This document shows positions 9,477 through 19,163 of a stretch of 64,000 bases of DNA, one piece after another. A program made the position numbers and the translations under genes. This DNA comes from an uncultured Bacilli bacterium. GTDB lineage: Bacteria; Bacillota_I; Bacilli_A; RF39; UBA660. The first letter of the stretch is position 1; every line of letters begins with the position of its first letter. Under the pieces are notes generated by a model that was given only the letters and a program-made list of their open reading frames with translations, was not told the origin of the DNA and ran no database searches. Where the stretch lies: positions 2,466 through 66,465 of the forward strand of contig CAKOWI010000007.1 of the NCBI GenBank assembly GCA_934122275.1, read 5' to 3'.

Positions 9477-10040
9477 CTAGCCTTTCTTTTTTGATAAAAC
9501 AAAACTTCCAATATATTTATAGTTTATAGTTTTTCCCATACACTTAACAAAAATTTTTGCATTAGTTAAGTCATCTAATTCATTATTGCTATCATCAACA
9601 TATTTTATTTCCTTCATATACCTTTTATGACTCCATTTATCTATGCCATATAGTTTCTTTAAAAAATAATAATCATTAACTATTCTGCCATCTTGGTAAA
9701 AACTTTCAGAATTATAAAGAGAAATTAACCATTCTGATCTTTTTTGTAATTCATGTTTATAATCTACTTCTTTAATACTTAAATCTAATGCATCACAATC
9801 ATCATATAAAACACTTTTTACATCAGAATCAGAATAAAAATGAGAATAATTACCACTTACTGCTCCTAAATTAAAGCCATAAAATTCATTATAGTCCTTA
9901 TTATCATAACAGACTTCATCTTTTGATAAATCTACATTAATTGAATATCCGTAGCAATTAACATCCATGTTTTGCCAGTAAAAATCATCTTTTATTATAA
10001 TGCTATCTTTTATTTTATATAATGTATTTTTATCGAACAT
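9477..10040 (-). CDS. Hypothetical cytoplasmic protein, paralogue B (conserved NCYGY..WSHK)
   Basis: Shares the motifs NCY(S/G)Y, EWLI(A/S)(M/L)Y, D(F/Y)(H/Y)FL(R/K)K and W(R/S)HK with the upstream gene. ATG 10040 follows RBS TAGGTG, which overlaps the upstream stop. Confidence 0.6.
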   Translation of the reverse strand: MFDKNTLYKIKDSIIIKDDFYWQNMDVNCYGYSINVDLSKDEVCYDNKDYNEFYGFNLGAVSGNYSHFYSDSDVKSVLYDDCDALDLSIKEVDYKHELQKRSEWLISLYNSESFYQDGRIVNDYYFLKKLYGIDKWSHKRYMKEIKYVDDSNNELDDLTNAKIFVKCMGKTINYKYIGSFVLSKKKG

Positions 10041-10049
10041 AATAAGCAC

Positions 10050-10595
10050 CTACTTTCTATGTAGTTTATATATTCCAACTAAGTTATATTTCAAATTATC
10101 ATCTAAATACATATTAGCTTTATTAGGATCATATATAGTTTCATAGTCATCATCTATTTCACAAATTCTTCCTAAATTACCCATTTTATGTCTCCATATA
10201 CCATCTTTTGATTTTCTTAAGAAATGAAAATCAAAGTCAATCTTTTCTAGTTTTTCGTCATAATACTTTTCAGTCATATACATTGCAATTAGCCATTCAT
10301 TATCAGTCAATTTACAATTTGCACTAGCCTTTGCAATATCTATATTAAGTACATTCATATCTTTATAAAATGCTTCCTCTAAATCTTTGTAATCGTCTAT
10401 ATATTCTGCACTATCACTAAATATTCCAACAAAATAATCAAATGATTCATCTAATTTCTTTAGTTCATATACAGATAAATCATTACATAGTGCATATGAA
10501 TAACAGTTTGTACCTTTTATGTTTTTCCAATCTTCTTTATAAATATCAGTACCATTAATTTGTTTTCTTACCATGCTTATTACATTATTATTCAT
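10050..10595 (-). CDS. Hypothetical cytoplasmic protein, paralogue A (conserved NCYSYAL..FHFLRK..WRHKMG)
   Basis: RBS GGGGG. No signal peptide. Lies 45 nt downstream of the GH25 gene with no terminator between them. Confidence 0.6.
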   Translation of the reverse strand: MNNNVISMVRKQINGTDIYKEDWKNIKGTNCYSYALCNDLSVYELKKLDESFDYFVGIFSDSAEYIDDYKDLEEAFYKDMNVLNIDIAKASANCKLTDNEWLIAMYMTEKYYDEKLEKIDFDFHFLRKSKDGIWRHKMGNLGRICEIDDDYETIYDPNKANMYLDDNLKYNLVGIYKLHRK

Positions 10596-10640
10596 ATAAC
10601 CCCCAAAATTAATTAATAAATATAATACTTAAAATTACGT

Positions 10641-11774
10641 TTATGTCAATAGATAACTAATATCTACATTACCATTTATACCAGGTACTCTTCCACTAGA
10701 TGTATATTGCCATAAAGAATATGGTTTATCATATTTACAAGTTTTATTATATTCAGCTACCCAATCAACGTAACTTTTTGATACATCACCTAACCTATTC
10801 ATAGCATACCATCTTCCAGAATACACTTTTACTTTATACTTATTATTAATATGATTGCTAACATTACTTACATAATTACTAATTATATTATCATATTCTA
10901 TTTTACTTATGTTATCAGAGTTAGAACCATTTTTACTACTCCAACTTTCTATATCATAATAAATACCAAGCTCAGGCTTTAAATCATACTTATCAATCAT
11001 TTCATTAGTAAAATTACTTTCCTTATTAGATCCATTCATCGTAGAAGAATAACTAAACAAATATATTCCATATGGAATGTTTAATCTTTTAACTTCATTT
11101 ATATTTTCTTCAAATTTTTTATCTAGACTATCATAATATCCAAGCCTTAATATAACACCATAACAATCACTATCTCTTGCAAACAAATCCCAATTAATAC
11201 TTCCTTGATAATAACTAACATCCACTACTTTAACGTTATTTTTACCTAAATACTTTCCAGAAGGACTATAATATCCCTCTTCTTTTACTGTATCAGTATC
11301 ATTAGTAGCTAAACTTAATTCACTACTAATTGCACTTTCTTCTACAAAATCTTTTGTTTCAATACTTGATACCTCATTTACTAAATTATTTTCATCTTCA
11401 CTTATTTTTTCATCTTCATTACTTTCTTCCTCACTTTCTTTTTCAGCTTCACTATTTTCTAATACTTCATCTTTATTATTTTCTTCACTCAAGTTTTCAT
11501 CTTCTTTTTCTTCTAAAATAGTTTCGTCTATATTATCAGTAGCCTTTTCTTCTTCATTACTATATTCTTCTATTTGTTTATTTTCTTCTTTAATATCAAG
11601 CACTGAATAATAATCATCGTGTGATATTATTGGAACTTTACTACTATAGTATTCTTTTTTTACCACTTCTTTTTTCTCCTCCCTAATACCTACTTGTTCT
11701 ACATTCTTATAACTATCTTGATTATAAAAATGCGATAATACAAATGTAACAATCATAAAAATATTTTGCTTCAT
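10641..11774 (-). CDS. Secreted GH25 muramidase (lysozyme) with an acidic low-complexity linker
   Basis: Hydrophobic N-terminus, an E/D/S/N-rich linker, then the GH25 core VDVSYYQGSINWD..GVILRLGY..YLFSY..DIE.W. Confidence 0.8.
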   Translation of the reverse strand: MKQNIFMIVTFVLSHFYNQDSYKNVEQVGIREEKKEVVKKEYYSSKVPIISHDDYYSVLDIKEENKQIEEYSNEEEKATDNIDETILEEKEDENLSEENNKDEVLENSEAEKESEEESNEDEKISEDENNLVNEVSSIETKDFVEESAISSELSLATNDTDTVKEEGYYSPSGKYLGKNNVKVVDVSYYQGSINWDLFARDSDCYGVILRLGYYDSLDKKFEENINEVKRLNIPYGIYLFSYSSTMNGSNKESNFTNEMIDKYDLKPELGIYYDIESWSSKNGSNSDNISKIEYDNIISNYVSNVSNHINNKYKVKVYSGRWYAMNRLGDVSKSYVDWVAEYNKTCKYDKPYSLWQYTSSGRVPGINGNVDISYLLT

Positions 11775-11864
11775 CTTTCACCTCCAATATATTATTAGAC
11801 ATGAAAAATCTTTTTCCTCTTATAAAACAAAAAAAGATAACTTTAGTTACCTTTTTTACTTTGT

Positions 11865-13898
11865 CTATTTTGTTATAGTAATTGTTTTACTATCTACTTC
11901 AACGGTTCCTGTTTCGAATGAAGCAGCTGAATCACCACCTAATATTGAATTCCAATCAAAAGCTTTACCTGTTTTATTTACTATATTTAAAAGTTGTTCA
12001 CAGCCGTTCATAGAATACTCTTCAATTATTGTAACATTACTTGGAATAGTAAGTTTTTTCAAACCATTTATGTAGCTAAGTGCACCATACTTTATTGTAG
12101 TTATTCCACTTCCTAAATCCAGACTATTAATAGTTGAATTCGTAAATGCACCCGATGTTAAAATCTTTACTCCACTTCCTAATTTTAAAGTATTAATAGT
12201 TGCTTCTCCAAATGAATAATCATTTAACTGAGATACACTATCTGGTAATACCAATGTGTCTATCGATAAACCTTGAAATGCGTTTCTGTCGATAACTTCA
12301 GTATTATTAGATAAAGTTAAACTATCTACTTTCGTATTCCAAAAAGCATATGATGTAATCGTAGTAGGTCCATTTATAAATTTTAAAGCGCCAATAGTAG
12401 AATTGTAAAATGCATTTTTCCCAATTGAATCAACATTATTAAAAGTTAATGTATCTATTTTAATGTTTGCTAATGCATTTTCACCAATCGTTGTAATACT
12501 ACTAGGAAGTTTGAGGTTATTTGCTTTAAAACCTGAAAAAGCATAATTTCCAAGTGTAGTTATACCATTTGGCAAATTTAGAGTTTGAATTTTAGCACTG
12601 TTAAAAGCACTCTCAGGAATTGTATTTAATCCACTTCCTATTGATACTGTATTAATATCAGAATTAGAAAAAGCTTTAGTTCCTATCTTTTGTATACCGT
12701 CCTTTAGAACTACAGAATTTGTTTTTGTACTACTAAATACTTCATCACCAACTTCAGTAATTATGCCATTAAATTTTATATTTGATATCTCAGCATTTGC
12801 AAAAGTTTCACTTGAAATAACAGATAATCCGCTACTTATAGTAACTGAGTTTAATTTAGAAGCCCTAAAAACTCTAGTTCCAAATGAAGTAACACTACTT
12901 GGTATAGTTATATTTATATTAGCTTTTAAGTTTTCAAATAAATTACTTCTTATGGATGTTACACCATCTTTTATACTCACACTCTTTATTCTAGGATTAG
13001 AGTAAAGAATTTTTATTATGTAATTAGCTTCTTCGTCAGTAAATCCCATACCATCTTCGCTTTCTGGCGAAGTTAAACTACTATAAAGCTCATCCTTAGT
13101 TCCAAAATCACTTGCAGAAGCATCACCACTTAACATTGAAGGTAATACTGATGAAAATAGACTTATCATTTTTTCATTACCATTTGCCAATGTGTTAGAA
13201 AGACTTGTTCCGACTTCTTCTGCAATTGAGTTTTCTTCACTATTCATATTGCCAGTCCCGTCAATACTTAAATCACCATTGACATAAGTATACTTAACAT
13301 TATCTCCTAACAATCCAGTTATAGTAGGAAAAGTAAAATCATCTGATGAAGGAGTTGTTGTATCCTCACCACCTACTGCTTGTTCATATTGCATTGTTAT
13401 TTCAAATGTTACACTTGATGAGGGATTAACAGATTCTCTTTTCCATTTAAACATTAATGTTATCTTTTTCTCATCATTTGGTTTCATAACTTCGTTTTTT
13501 GCTACTCCACTAAATGTAACTTCTATATCATCACTTGATAATTCATCTACATTTATTTCATTACCATTTACATCTTTTACTATTATTCCTTTTAATACTG
13601 CATCTACCGACCCTACGTTCTTTATTACAGTATCTACACTTGCATATGCTCCTGGATATTGTAATTCAGGCACTACAACCTCTAGATTATGTTTTTTTGT
13701 CTCTTCTATTGTTGCTGTTGCACCCTTACTTCCTTCTTCTGTTATCTTTTCTACTCTATCAAATATTATATCAAAACTACCTTCCGCCTTTGCAGTTCCA
13801 CTTAAATTAAGACTACGACTAAAAAGTGCATAGCCTACCGATAACACTAGAAAAAATGCTATAACTCCAACTATTATTTTGCTTTTACTACTTCTCAT
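11865..13898 (-). CDS. Secreted/surface BspA-type leucine-rich-repeat (LRR) protein
   Basis: N-terminal anchor IIVGVIAFFLVLSVGYALFSRS (SipW/TasA-type signal-like). A beta-rich domain precedes about 12 LRR_5-style repeats (I..SV..IG..AF..s.I..l.lp). Confidence 0.7.
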   Translation of the reverse strand: MRSSKSKIIVGVIAFFLVLSVGYALFSRSLNLSGTAKAEGSFDIIFDRVEKITEEGSKGATATIEETKKHNLEVVVPELQYPGAYASVDTVIKNVGSVDAVLKGIIVKDVNGNEINVDELSSDDIEVTFSGVAKNEVMKPNDEKKITLMFKWKRESVNPSSSVTFEITMQYEQAVGGEDTTTPSSDDFTFPTITGLLGDNVKYTYVNGDLSIDGTGNMNSEENSIAEEVGTSLSNTLANGNEKMISLFSSVLPSMLSGDASASDFGTKDELYSSLTSPESEDGMGFTDEEANYIIKILYSNPRIKSVSIKDGVTSIRSNLFENLKANINITIPSSVTSFGTRVFRASKLNSVTISSGLSVISSETFANAEISNIKFNGIITEVGDEVFSSTKTNSVVLKDGIQKIGTKAFSNSDINTVSIGSGLNTIPESAFNSAKIQTLNLPNGITTLGNYAFSGFKANNLKLPSSITTIGENALANIKIDTLTFNNVDSIGKNAFYNSTIGALKFINGPTTITSYAFWNTKVDSLTLSNNTEVIDRNAFQGLSIDTLVLPDSVSQLNDYSFGEATINTLKLGSGVKILTSGAFTNSTINSLDLGSGITTIKYGALSYINGLKKLTIPSNVTIIEEYSMNGCEQLLNIVNKTGKAFDWNSILGGDSAASFETGTVEVDSKTITITK

Positions 13899-14042
13899 TT
13901 TTCTACCTCTTTTTATAAATGTTTATAATCAGTATTTTCTACTATTTTACCATTAAATAGTATCATATTATTTATCATATGGTCAATTATTTTTTCTATA
14001 TATATAAAATTAGTGTAAACAAAAAAGAGCAATGATATACTC

Positions 14043-15800
14043 TTAATTTTCTTTTAAATAATTGTATAAATTTTCTGCAACATCATGAGGCAAACTTTCT
14101 GAAAGTTCTTCAATTGTTAGTTCTTTTAATTTAGATATAGTTTTATACTTTTTTAGTAATTCTTTTTTTCTTTTATCTCCAATACCCACTACATTATCAA
14201 GTATACTTGATAATGCACCTTTGCTTCTTATATCTTTGTGATAACTTATTGTAAACCTATGAACTTCATCACTCATTCTAGTTAATAGATGAAATATATC
14301 ACTAGTCTTATCAATACCATATTCCTTTTGACTAGATACTAATGCTGTAATAGTATGTTTATCATTTTTCTTAAGACCATATACAGGTATATCTAAATAT
14401 AAACTATCTAAAATTTCTTTTGCAGCATTAATTTGTATTATTCCACCATCAACCAAAATAAGATCAGGTTTTTGTAAATGATCATGAAGTACTCTATAAT
14501 ATCTTCTATATATTACTTCTTGCATTAAGTGATAATCATCTTTGTGTTCTAAAGTTATTTTAAACTTTCTATATTCTTTTTTATCTGGTTTACCATTAGA
14601 AAAAACAACCATTCCTGAAACAGTAAAAGTACCAAATAGATGTGCATTATCAAAAATTTCTATTCTTTTTAAGTCATTTATACCTAATAATTTTCCAAGC
14701 TCATTGTTTGAATCAAATGTTCTTTTTTCATCCCTTGAAATTAATTCAAATTTTTCATCTAATACTATCTTAGCATTATCATATGCCATATCAACTAACT
14801 TTTTCTTTATTCCTTTAACTGGCACTACTACCTTTGTATTTAATGCATTAGACAATAATTCTTCATCAAAGTCATTACTTACTAATATTTCTTTAGGAAT
14901 TTCATTTTTTTCATAAAAACTAATCACATAGTAAGATAAAATATCAGAAATTTCATCTATAACAGGAAATACTTCCCCATCTCTTTTATTTATTCTTCCA
15001 TCTCTTAAATGTAAAACTTGAAATGATATATAATCATTTTTTAAATAGTAATTAATTACATCTCTATTAACATTATCATTTAAGCTAATCTTTTGTTTTT
15101 CTAGAACTTTATCTATATACTCAAGCATTTCTTTATATTCCATAGCTTTTTCAAAATTCAAATGATTAGAGGCCTCTTCCATTTTATATTTTACTTTTTT
15201 AATAACATCATCATAATTTCCTTTTAAAAAGCTTGTTACTTCATCAATCATCTCTTTTTCTTTTGATGAATCAATATCATTAGCACAGTATCCTAAGCAT
15301 TGTCCAATATGATAATATAAACAAACTTTATCAGGCATATTATGACATTTTCTAAATGGATATATTCTGTTTAATAGCTCTACTGTCTTTCTTGCAGCAT
15401 TACTATTAGGGTAAGGTCCAAATAATTTTCCTTTATGTCCTTTAATATTTCTAGGTCTTGATATAATAAGTCTTGGATGTTTTTCACTTGTAATTTCTAT
15501 ATAAGGGTATGATTTATTATCCTTTAGCATTATATTATATTTTGGAGAATACTTCTTAATTAAATTAATTTCTAAAAGAAGAGATTCTACCTCTGTTTGA
15601 GTTACTATATATTCAAAGTCAACAATATTTTCTACTAAAGCCTTAGTTTTTCCAGTATGCTCTCTATTAAAGTATGATGATACTCTTCTTTTTAGATTCT
15701 TAGCTTTTCCTACATATATTATTTTACCATCTACATTTTTCATTAAATAACAACCAGGACTTGTTGTTAATAATCTTAATTTTTCTTTTATCCTATCCAT
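14043..15800 (-). CDS. uvrC: Excinuclease ABC subunit C
   Basis: GIY-YIG motif PGCYLMKN..IIYVGKAKNL, a UVR domain, and a C-terminal HhH region. ATG 15800 follows RBS AGGTGA. Confidence 0.95.
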   Translation of the reverse strand: MDRIKEKLRLLTTSPGCYLMKNVDGKIIYVGKAKNLKRRVSSYFNREHTGKTKALVENIVDFEYIVTQTEVESLLLEINLIKKYSPKYNIMLKDNKSYPYIEITSEKHPRLIISRPRNIKGHKGKLFGPYPNSNAARKTVELLNRIYPFRKCHNMPDKVCLYYHIGQCLGYCANDIDSSKEKEMIDEVTSFLKGNYDDVIKKVKYKMEEASNHLNFEKAMEYKEMLEYIDKVLEKQKISLNDNVNRDVINYYLKNDYISFQVLHLRDGRINKRDGEVFPVIDEISDILSYYVISFYEKNEIPKEILVSNDFDEELLSNALNTKVVVPVKGIKKKLVDMAYDNAKIVLDEKFELISRDEKRTFDSNNELGKLLGINDLKRIEIFDNAHLFGTFTVSGMVVFSNGKPDKKEYRKFKITLEHKDDYHLMQEVIYRRYYRVLHDHLQKPDLILVDGGIIQINAAKEILDSLYLDIPVYGLKKNDKHTITALVSSQKEYGIDKTSDIFHLLTRMSDEVHRFTISYHKDIRSKGALSSILDNVVGIGDKRKKELLKKYKTISKLKELTIEELSESLPHDVAENLYNYLKEN

Positions 15801-15864
15801 ATATATCACCTAAAACATTATATCATAAACTAAAAGAATGAAATAAATTTCATTCTCTTAAATT

Positions 15865-16968
15865 CTATTTTTTTATAGAACCAACACAATTATATTCATG
15901 TTTTTTACACAAAAATTTATAAATCAAATCTATGCTAAATTCTTCATCTCTATACATTCTCTTAATGTTATACATTCTCTTAATGTTATACATTCTCTTA
16001 ATGTTATCGTATAATTTTCTAATAGCAGATGCATAATCTAGTAACTGTTTTTCATTCATTAAAATTTCATCAAAATTCTTTAGTTTCGAAAAATCCTCTC
16101 CCCATACTAATTTTAGAGCATCAGTTTCATCAGTATTTAACCCATCTATAAATGATGTCATTACTATTTCTTTTCTACATCTAATATGTCTAAATAAACT
16201 AAAATCAGAATCAGTATACTTGTTTATAGTCTCTAATTTATATTGATCTCTAATCTTACATAAAGCTTTTTTATATGTTGCATAAATAGATTGCTTTGAA
16301 TTGCTTGAATTCTTTGTTAATTTAGATAAAAAACTATCATATTTATCTTTAGTATCTTCAAAACTTTCAGCTTTTAAACAAACAAAAAGAACTGTTTTTT
16401 GTAAAAGAGTAAGTTTACTTTCTGACATCATATTATACATTATATTATTTATTGTGTCTTTTGTTTCAATGGTATCATTAAAATCATTTTGTTTATTTTC
16501 TTTTGGTATACTTTCCTTAGTATATTGTTCTATTTTTCTTTCCAAACCGTTTTTTAATTTTCTTTTAAGATTTGCTTTATAAACACGCATACCATTTTTC
16601 TTATACTCATTTAAAGTACTAATTAAAATTAAATATCCATCATCATATAAATCCATAGTAAGACTAGAGTCATAACTCAAATCACTCATTGCTTCTTCTA
16701 TTAGATATGAATAATCGTTAATTTCATCTATTGAAGTATCAGACATTTTAATGTTCTTGCACAAAATACGTTTTTCTATTTCCTCTTCAACATAATCAAA
16801 TAATTGATTAAGGTTAATTAGGTCTTCATTATATAAACTTATATATGGTGATGTAATACTTTTAATCTCATTATTTGTTAGTCCAGTTTGCCAATACATT
16901 CTAACTATAGTATTTGTTATATCCTTTTCTTTACATATAATTCCTTCAATATCTCTGTTTTTAATCAT
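15865..16968 (-). CDS. Hypothetical protein (367 aa) with weak sigma-70 region-4-like helix-turn-helix segments
   Basis: Has its own consensus-like promoter. No confident family assignment. Confidence 0.55.
   Translation of the reverse strand: MIKNRDIEGIICKEKDITNTIVRMYWQTGLTNNEIKSITSPYISLYNEDLINLNQLFDYVEEEIEKRILCKNIKMSDTSIDEINDYSYLIEEAMSDLSYDSSLTMDLYDDGYLILISTLNEYKKNGMRVYKANLKRKLKNGLERKIEQYTKESIPKENKQNDFNDTIETKDTINNIMYNMMSESKLTLLQKTVLFVCLKAESFEDTKDKYDSFLSKLTKNSSNSKQSIYATYKKALCKIRDQYKLETINKYTDSDFSLFRHIRCRKEIVMTSFIDGLNTDETDALKLVWGEDFSKLKNFDEILMNEKQLLDYASAIRKLYDNIKRMYNIKRMYNIKRMYRDEEFSIDLIYKFLCKKHEYNCVGSIKK
15953..16006 (-). repeat. Perfect 18-bp x3 in-frame tandem repeat (encodes MYNIKR x3)
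   Basis: tacattctcttaatgtta appears three times head to tail. Confidence 0.95.
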
Positions 16969-17010
16969 ATTATAACCCCCTTGATTTTATAACCCTCTGA
17001 TTGGCTACAT

Positions 17011-17039
17011 ATAATAGCACGTTTTAATGGATTTGTCAA
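17011..17039 (-). promoter_or_regulatory. Sigma-A-type promoter for the 367-aa gene
   Basis: TTGACA, 17 nt spacer, TATTAT. Confidence 0.5.
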
Positions 17040-17045
17040 AATCAT

Positions 17046-17068
17046 ATAAAAAGCATCTAAATGATGCT
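17046..17068 (-). terminator. Terminator after murE
   Basis: AGCATC-ATTTA-GATGCT followed by TTTTT on the minus strand. Confidence 0.55.
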
Positions 17069-17080
17069 AAAATTATTTTG

Positions 17081-18478
17081 TTAATCGTCTATTTTTTCAA
17101 TTCTAACTAAATTTTTACTTTCTAAATATTCTAAAACACATTTTTTATCATTAAATGGGATTTTAACGTTATTTTTTATAATCATAACTTCTTCATGACC
17201 TTTACCTAAAATAAGTAATGCATCATTACTTTGCAATAAATCAATTCCCTTTATTATGGCTTTTTTTCTATCCAATTCTATCTCATAATTATCATTTTTA
17301 TTATCCTTTAACATATCATTTACTATTTGATTAGGATCTTCATTATGAACATCATCACAAGTTATAATCGCCTTATCACATAAATCTGTTACTAGTTTCA
17401 TCATAATAGGTCTTTTTGTTCTATCCCTATCACCAGTACAACCAAAAACAGTGTAGATATGTCCATCACATACTTCTTTTACCGTACTAATTACGTTTTG
17501 AATTGCATCTGGAGTATGAGCATAATCTACTATGATACGATTATTTTTATATTCTACCATATCCATTCTTCCTGCTGGACAATTAATGTTTTCCAAAACA
17601 TCTGCAATTGAAGAAAAAGTAATTCCTAACTCATGAAGAATAATTATAGTAACTAAAGCATTATATATGTTATATTTCCCAATTAGTGGCATATGAATAT
17701 TTTGTTTAACATCATTATATATAAATGTAAAATATGTGCCTAAAATACTCATTTGATAATCAGTTACTCTATAGTCACCACCCGTAAAGCCATACATTAT
17801 ATTATTATTATAATCTAATGTAAATAAGTCTTTATTTTTATCATCATAATTAATTATTGCTTTTCCACCTGCTCGTACTTGATTAAATAACTTCATTTTA
17901 CACTTCGCATAATTTTCCATAGTACCATGAATATTTAAATGATCTTGTGTTAAATTGGTAAATATAGCATATTCAAATTCAACATTTTCTAATCTTTGGT
18001 GCATTAATCCTTCACTAGATGCTTCTATAACTGCATATCTATATCCTTCATCATATGCAGTTATTAACATATCATAAATTTCAGTTACTTCTGGTGTTGT
18101 ATTTGGTAAATCACAAACCTTCTTATCCATAAAGAATCCGACTGTTCCAATATAACAACATTTTTTATTTAATTTATTTAGTGCATCATATATCAAATAT
18201 GCAGTTGTTGTTTTTCCATTAGTACCAGTGATTCCTACTATATGCATCTCATTTAAATATTTATTATAATTTTTCTTTAAGTAATCATTTAAATATGCCC
18301 TTGTATCTTTTACTATTTCATAATCTATGTCATAGTTTCCTTCTTCTGCAATTATCTTTGATGCACCATTTTTAATTGCTTGAGGTATAAAATCATGACC
18401 ATCACCAACAATACCACGAAGTGCAACAAATATATCTCCCTTTTTTACTTTTCTTGAATCAGTTCTAATATTTATCAT
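17081..18478 (-). CDS. murE: UDP-MurNAc-L-Ala-D-Glu:amino acid ligase (MurE family)
   Basis: Mur ligase motifs GITGTNGKTTT and GCTGDRDRTKRP. ATG 18478 follows RBS GGTGG. The position of the DNPR motif reads DDVH (see findings). Confidence 0.9.
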   Translation of the reverse strand: MINIRTDSRKVKKGDIFVALRGIVGDGHDFIPQAIKNGASKIIAEEGNYDIDYEIVKDTRAYLNDYLKKNYNKYLNEMHIVGITGTNGKTTTAYLIYDALNKLNKKCCYIGTVGFFMDKKVCDLPNTTPEVTEIYDMLITAYDEGYRYAVIEASSEGLMHQRLENVEFEYAIFTNLTQDHLNIHGTMENYAKCKMKLFNQVRAGGKAIINYDDKNKDLFTLDYNNNIMYGFTGGDYRVTDYQMSILGTYFTFIYNDVKQNIHMPLIGKYNIYNALVTIIILHELGITFSSIADVLENINCPAGRMDMVEYKNNRIIVDYAHTPDAIQNVISTVKEVCDGHIYTVFGCTGDRDRTKRPIMMKLVTDLCDKAIITCDDVHNEDPNQIVNDMLKDNKNDNYEIELDRKKAIIKGIDLLQSNDALLILGKGHEEVMIIKNNVKIPFNDKKCVLEYLESKNLVRIEKIDD

Positions 18479-18566
18479 AATACCACCATTTTCTACATTA
18501 TATAACATATTATATAATATATTTGAAAAACTAACAATAATCATTTATAATATTTTTGGTGATTTT

Positions 18567-19115
18567 ATGTTTACAATAGAAAATAATGTATCAAATGAAA
18601 TTATAATAAATAAATCAAGATTTATATGCTATCTTTTTAAAGTAGATAATTTATATGATGTAAAAAAATACATAGAAGAAATAAAATTAGAATATAAAGA
18701 TGCAACTCATTATTGCTATTCATACATAATAGGAAATGTAAAAAAAGCATTTGATGATAAAGAACCTAGTCATACAGCTGGATTACCTATGTTAAATGTA
18801 CTTGAAAATAAAAAGTTAGATAACATATTAGCTATTGTTGTAAGATATTTTGGTGGTACTAAATTAGGAGCTGGTGGCTTAGTTAGAGCATATACTGAAG
18901 CAGTTACAAAGTGTTTAGATAAAACAAAAATAATTAGAAATATAAAGCTACTAAGCAAGAAAATAAAATTCAAATATGAAGACATAAATACGATAAATTA
19001 TTTATTAAAAGATTATAAAATAACTTATAAAGAGTATGACTCTGATGTAATTTATGAATTTATTTATGAAGAAAATAACTATCCCGATGGCATAGACAAA
19101 TATTTAATAAAATAA
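18567..19115 (+). CDS. yigZ: YigZ / IMPACT-family protein
   Basis: IINKSRFI..HYCYSYI..DDKEPSHTAG.P..VVRYFGGTKLGAGGLVRAY. Confidence 0.8.
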   Translation: MFTIENNVSNEIIINKSRFICYLFKVDNLYDVKKYIEEIKLEYKDATHYCYSYIIGNVKKAFDDKEPSHTAGLPMLNVLENKKLDNILAIVVRYFGGTKLGAGGLVRAYTEAVTKCLDKTKIIRNIKLLSKKIKFKYEDINTINYLLKDYKITYKEYDSDVIYEFIYEENNYPDGIDKYLIK

Positions 19116-19157
19116 AAAATCAAAGGATTAAGCTTTTTAAAGTTTTCCTTTGATTTT
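19116..19157. terminator. Bidirectional terminator between convergent yigZ and the pilin-like gene
   Basis: AAAATCAAAGGA..TCCTTTGATTTT, a 12-bp stem. Confidence 0.55.
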
Positions 19158-19163
19158 ATTAAG

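Noticed and set aside
10641-11774. GH25 lysozyme considered as a prophage endolysin.
   Set aside because: No holin, capsid, tail, terminase or integrase genes are nearby. The protein has its own N-terminal export signal and an acidic linker.
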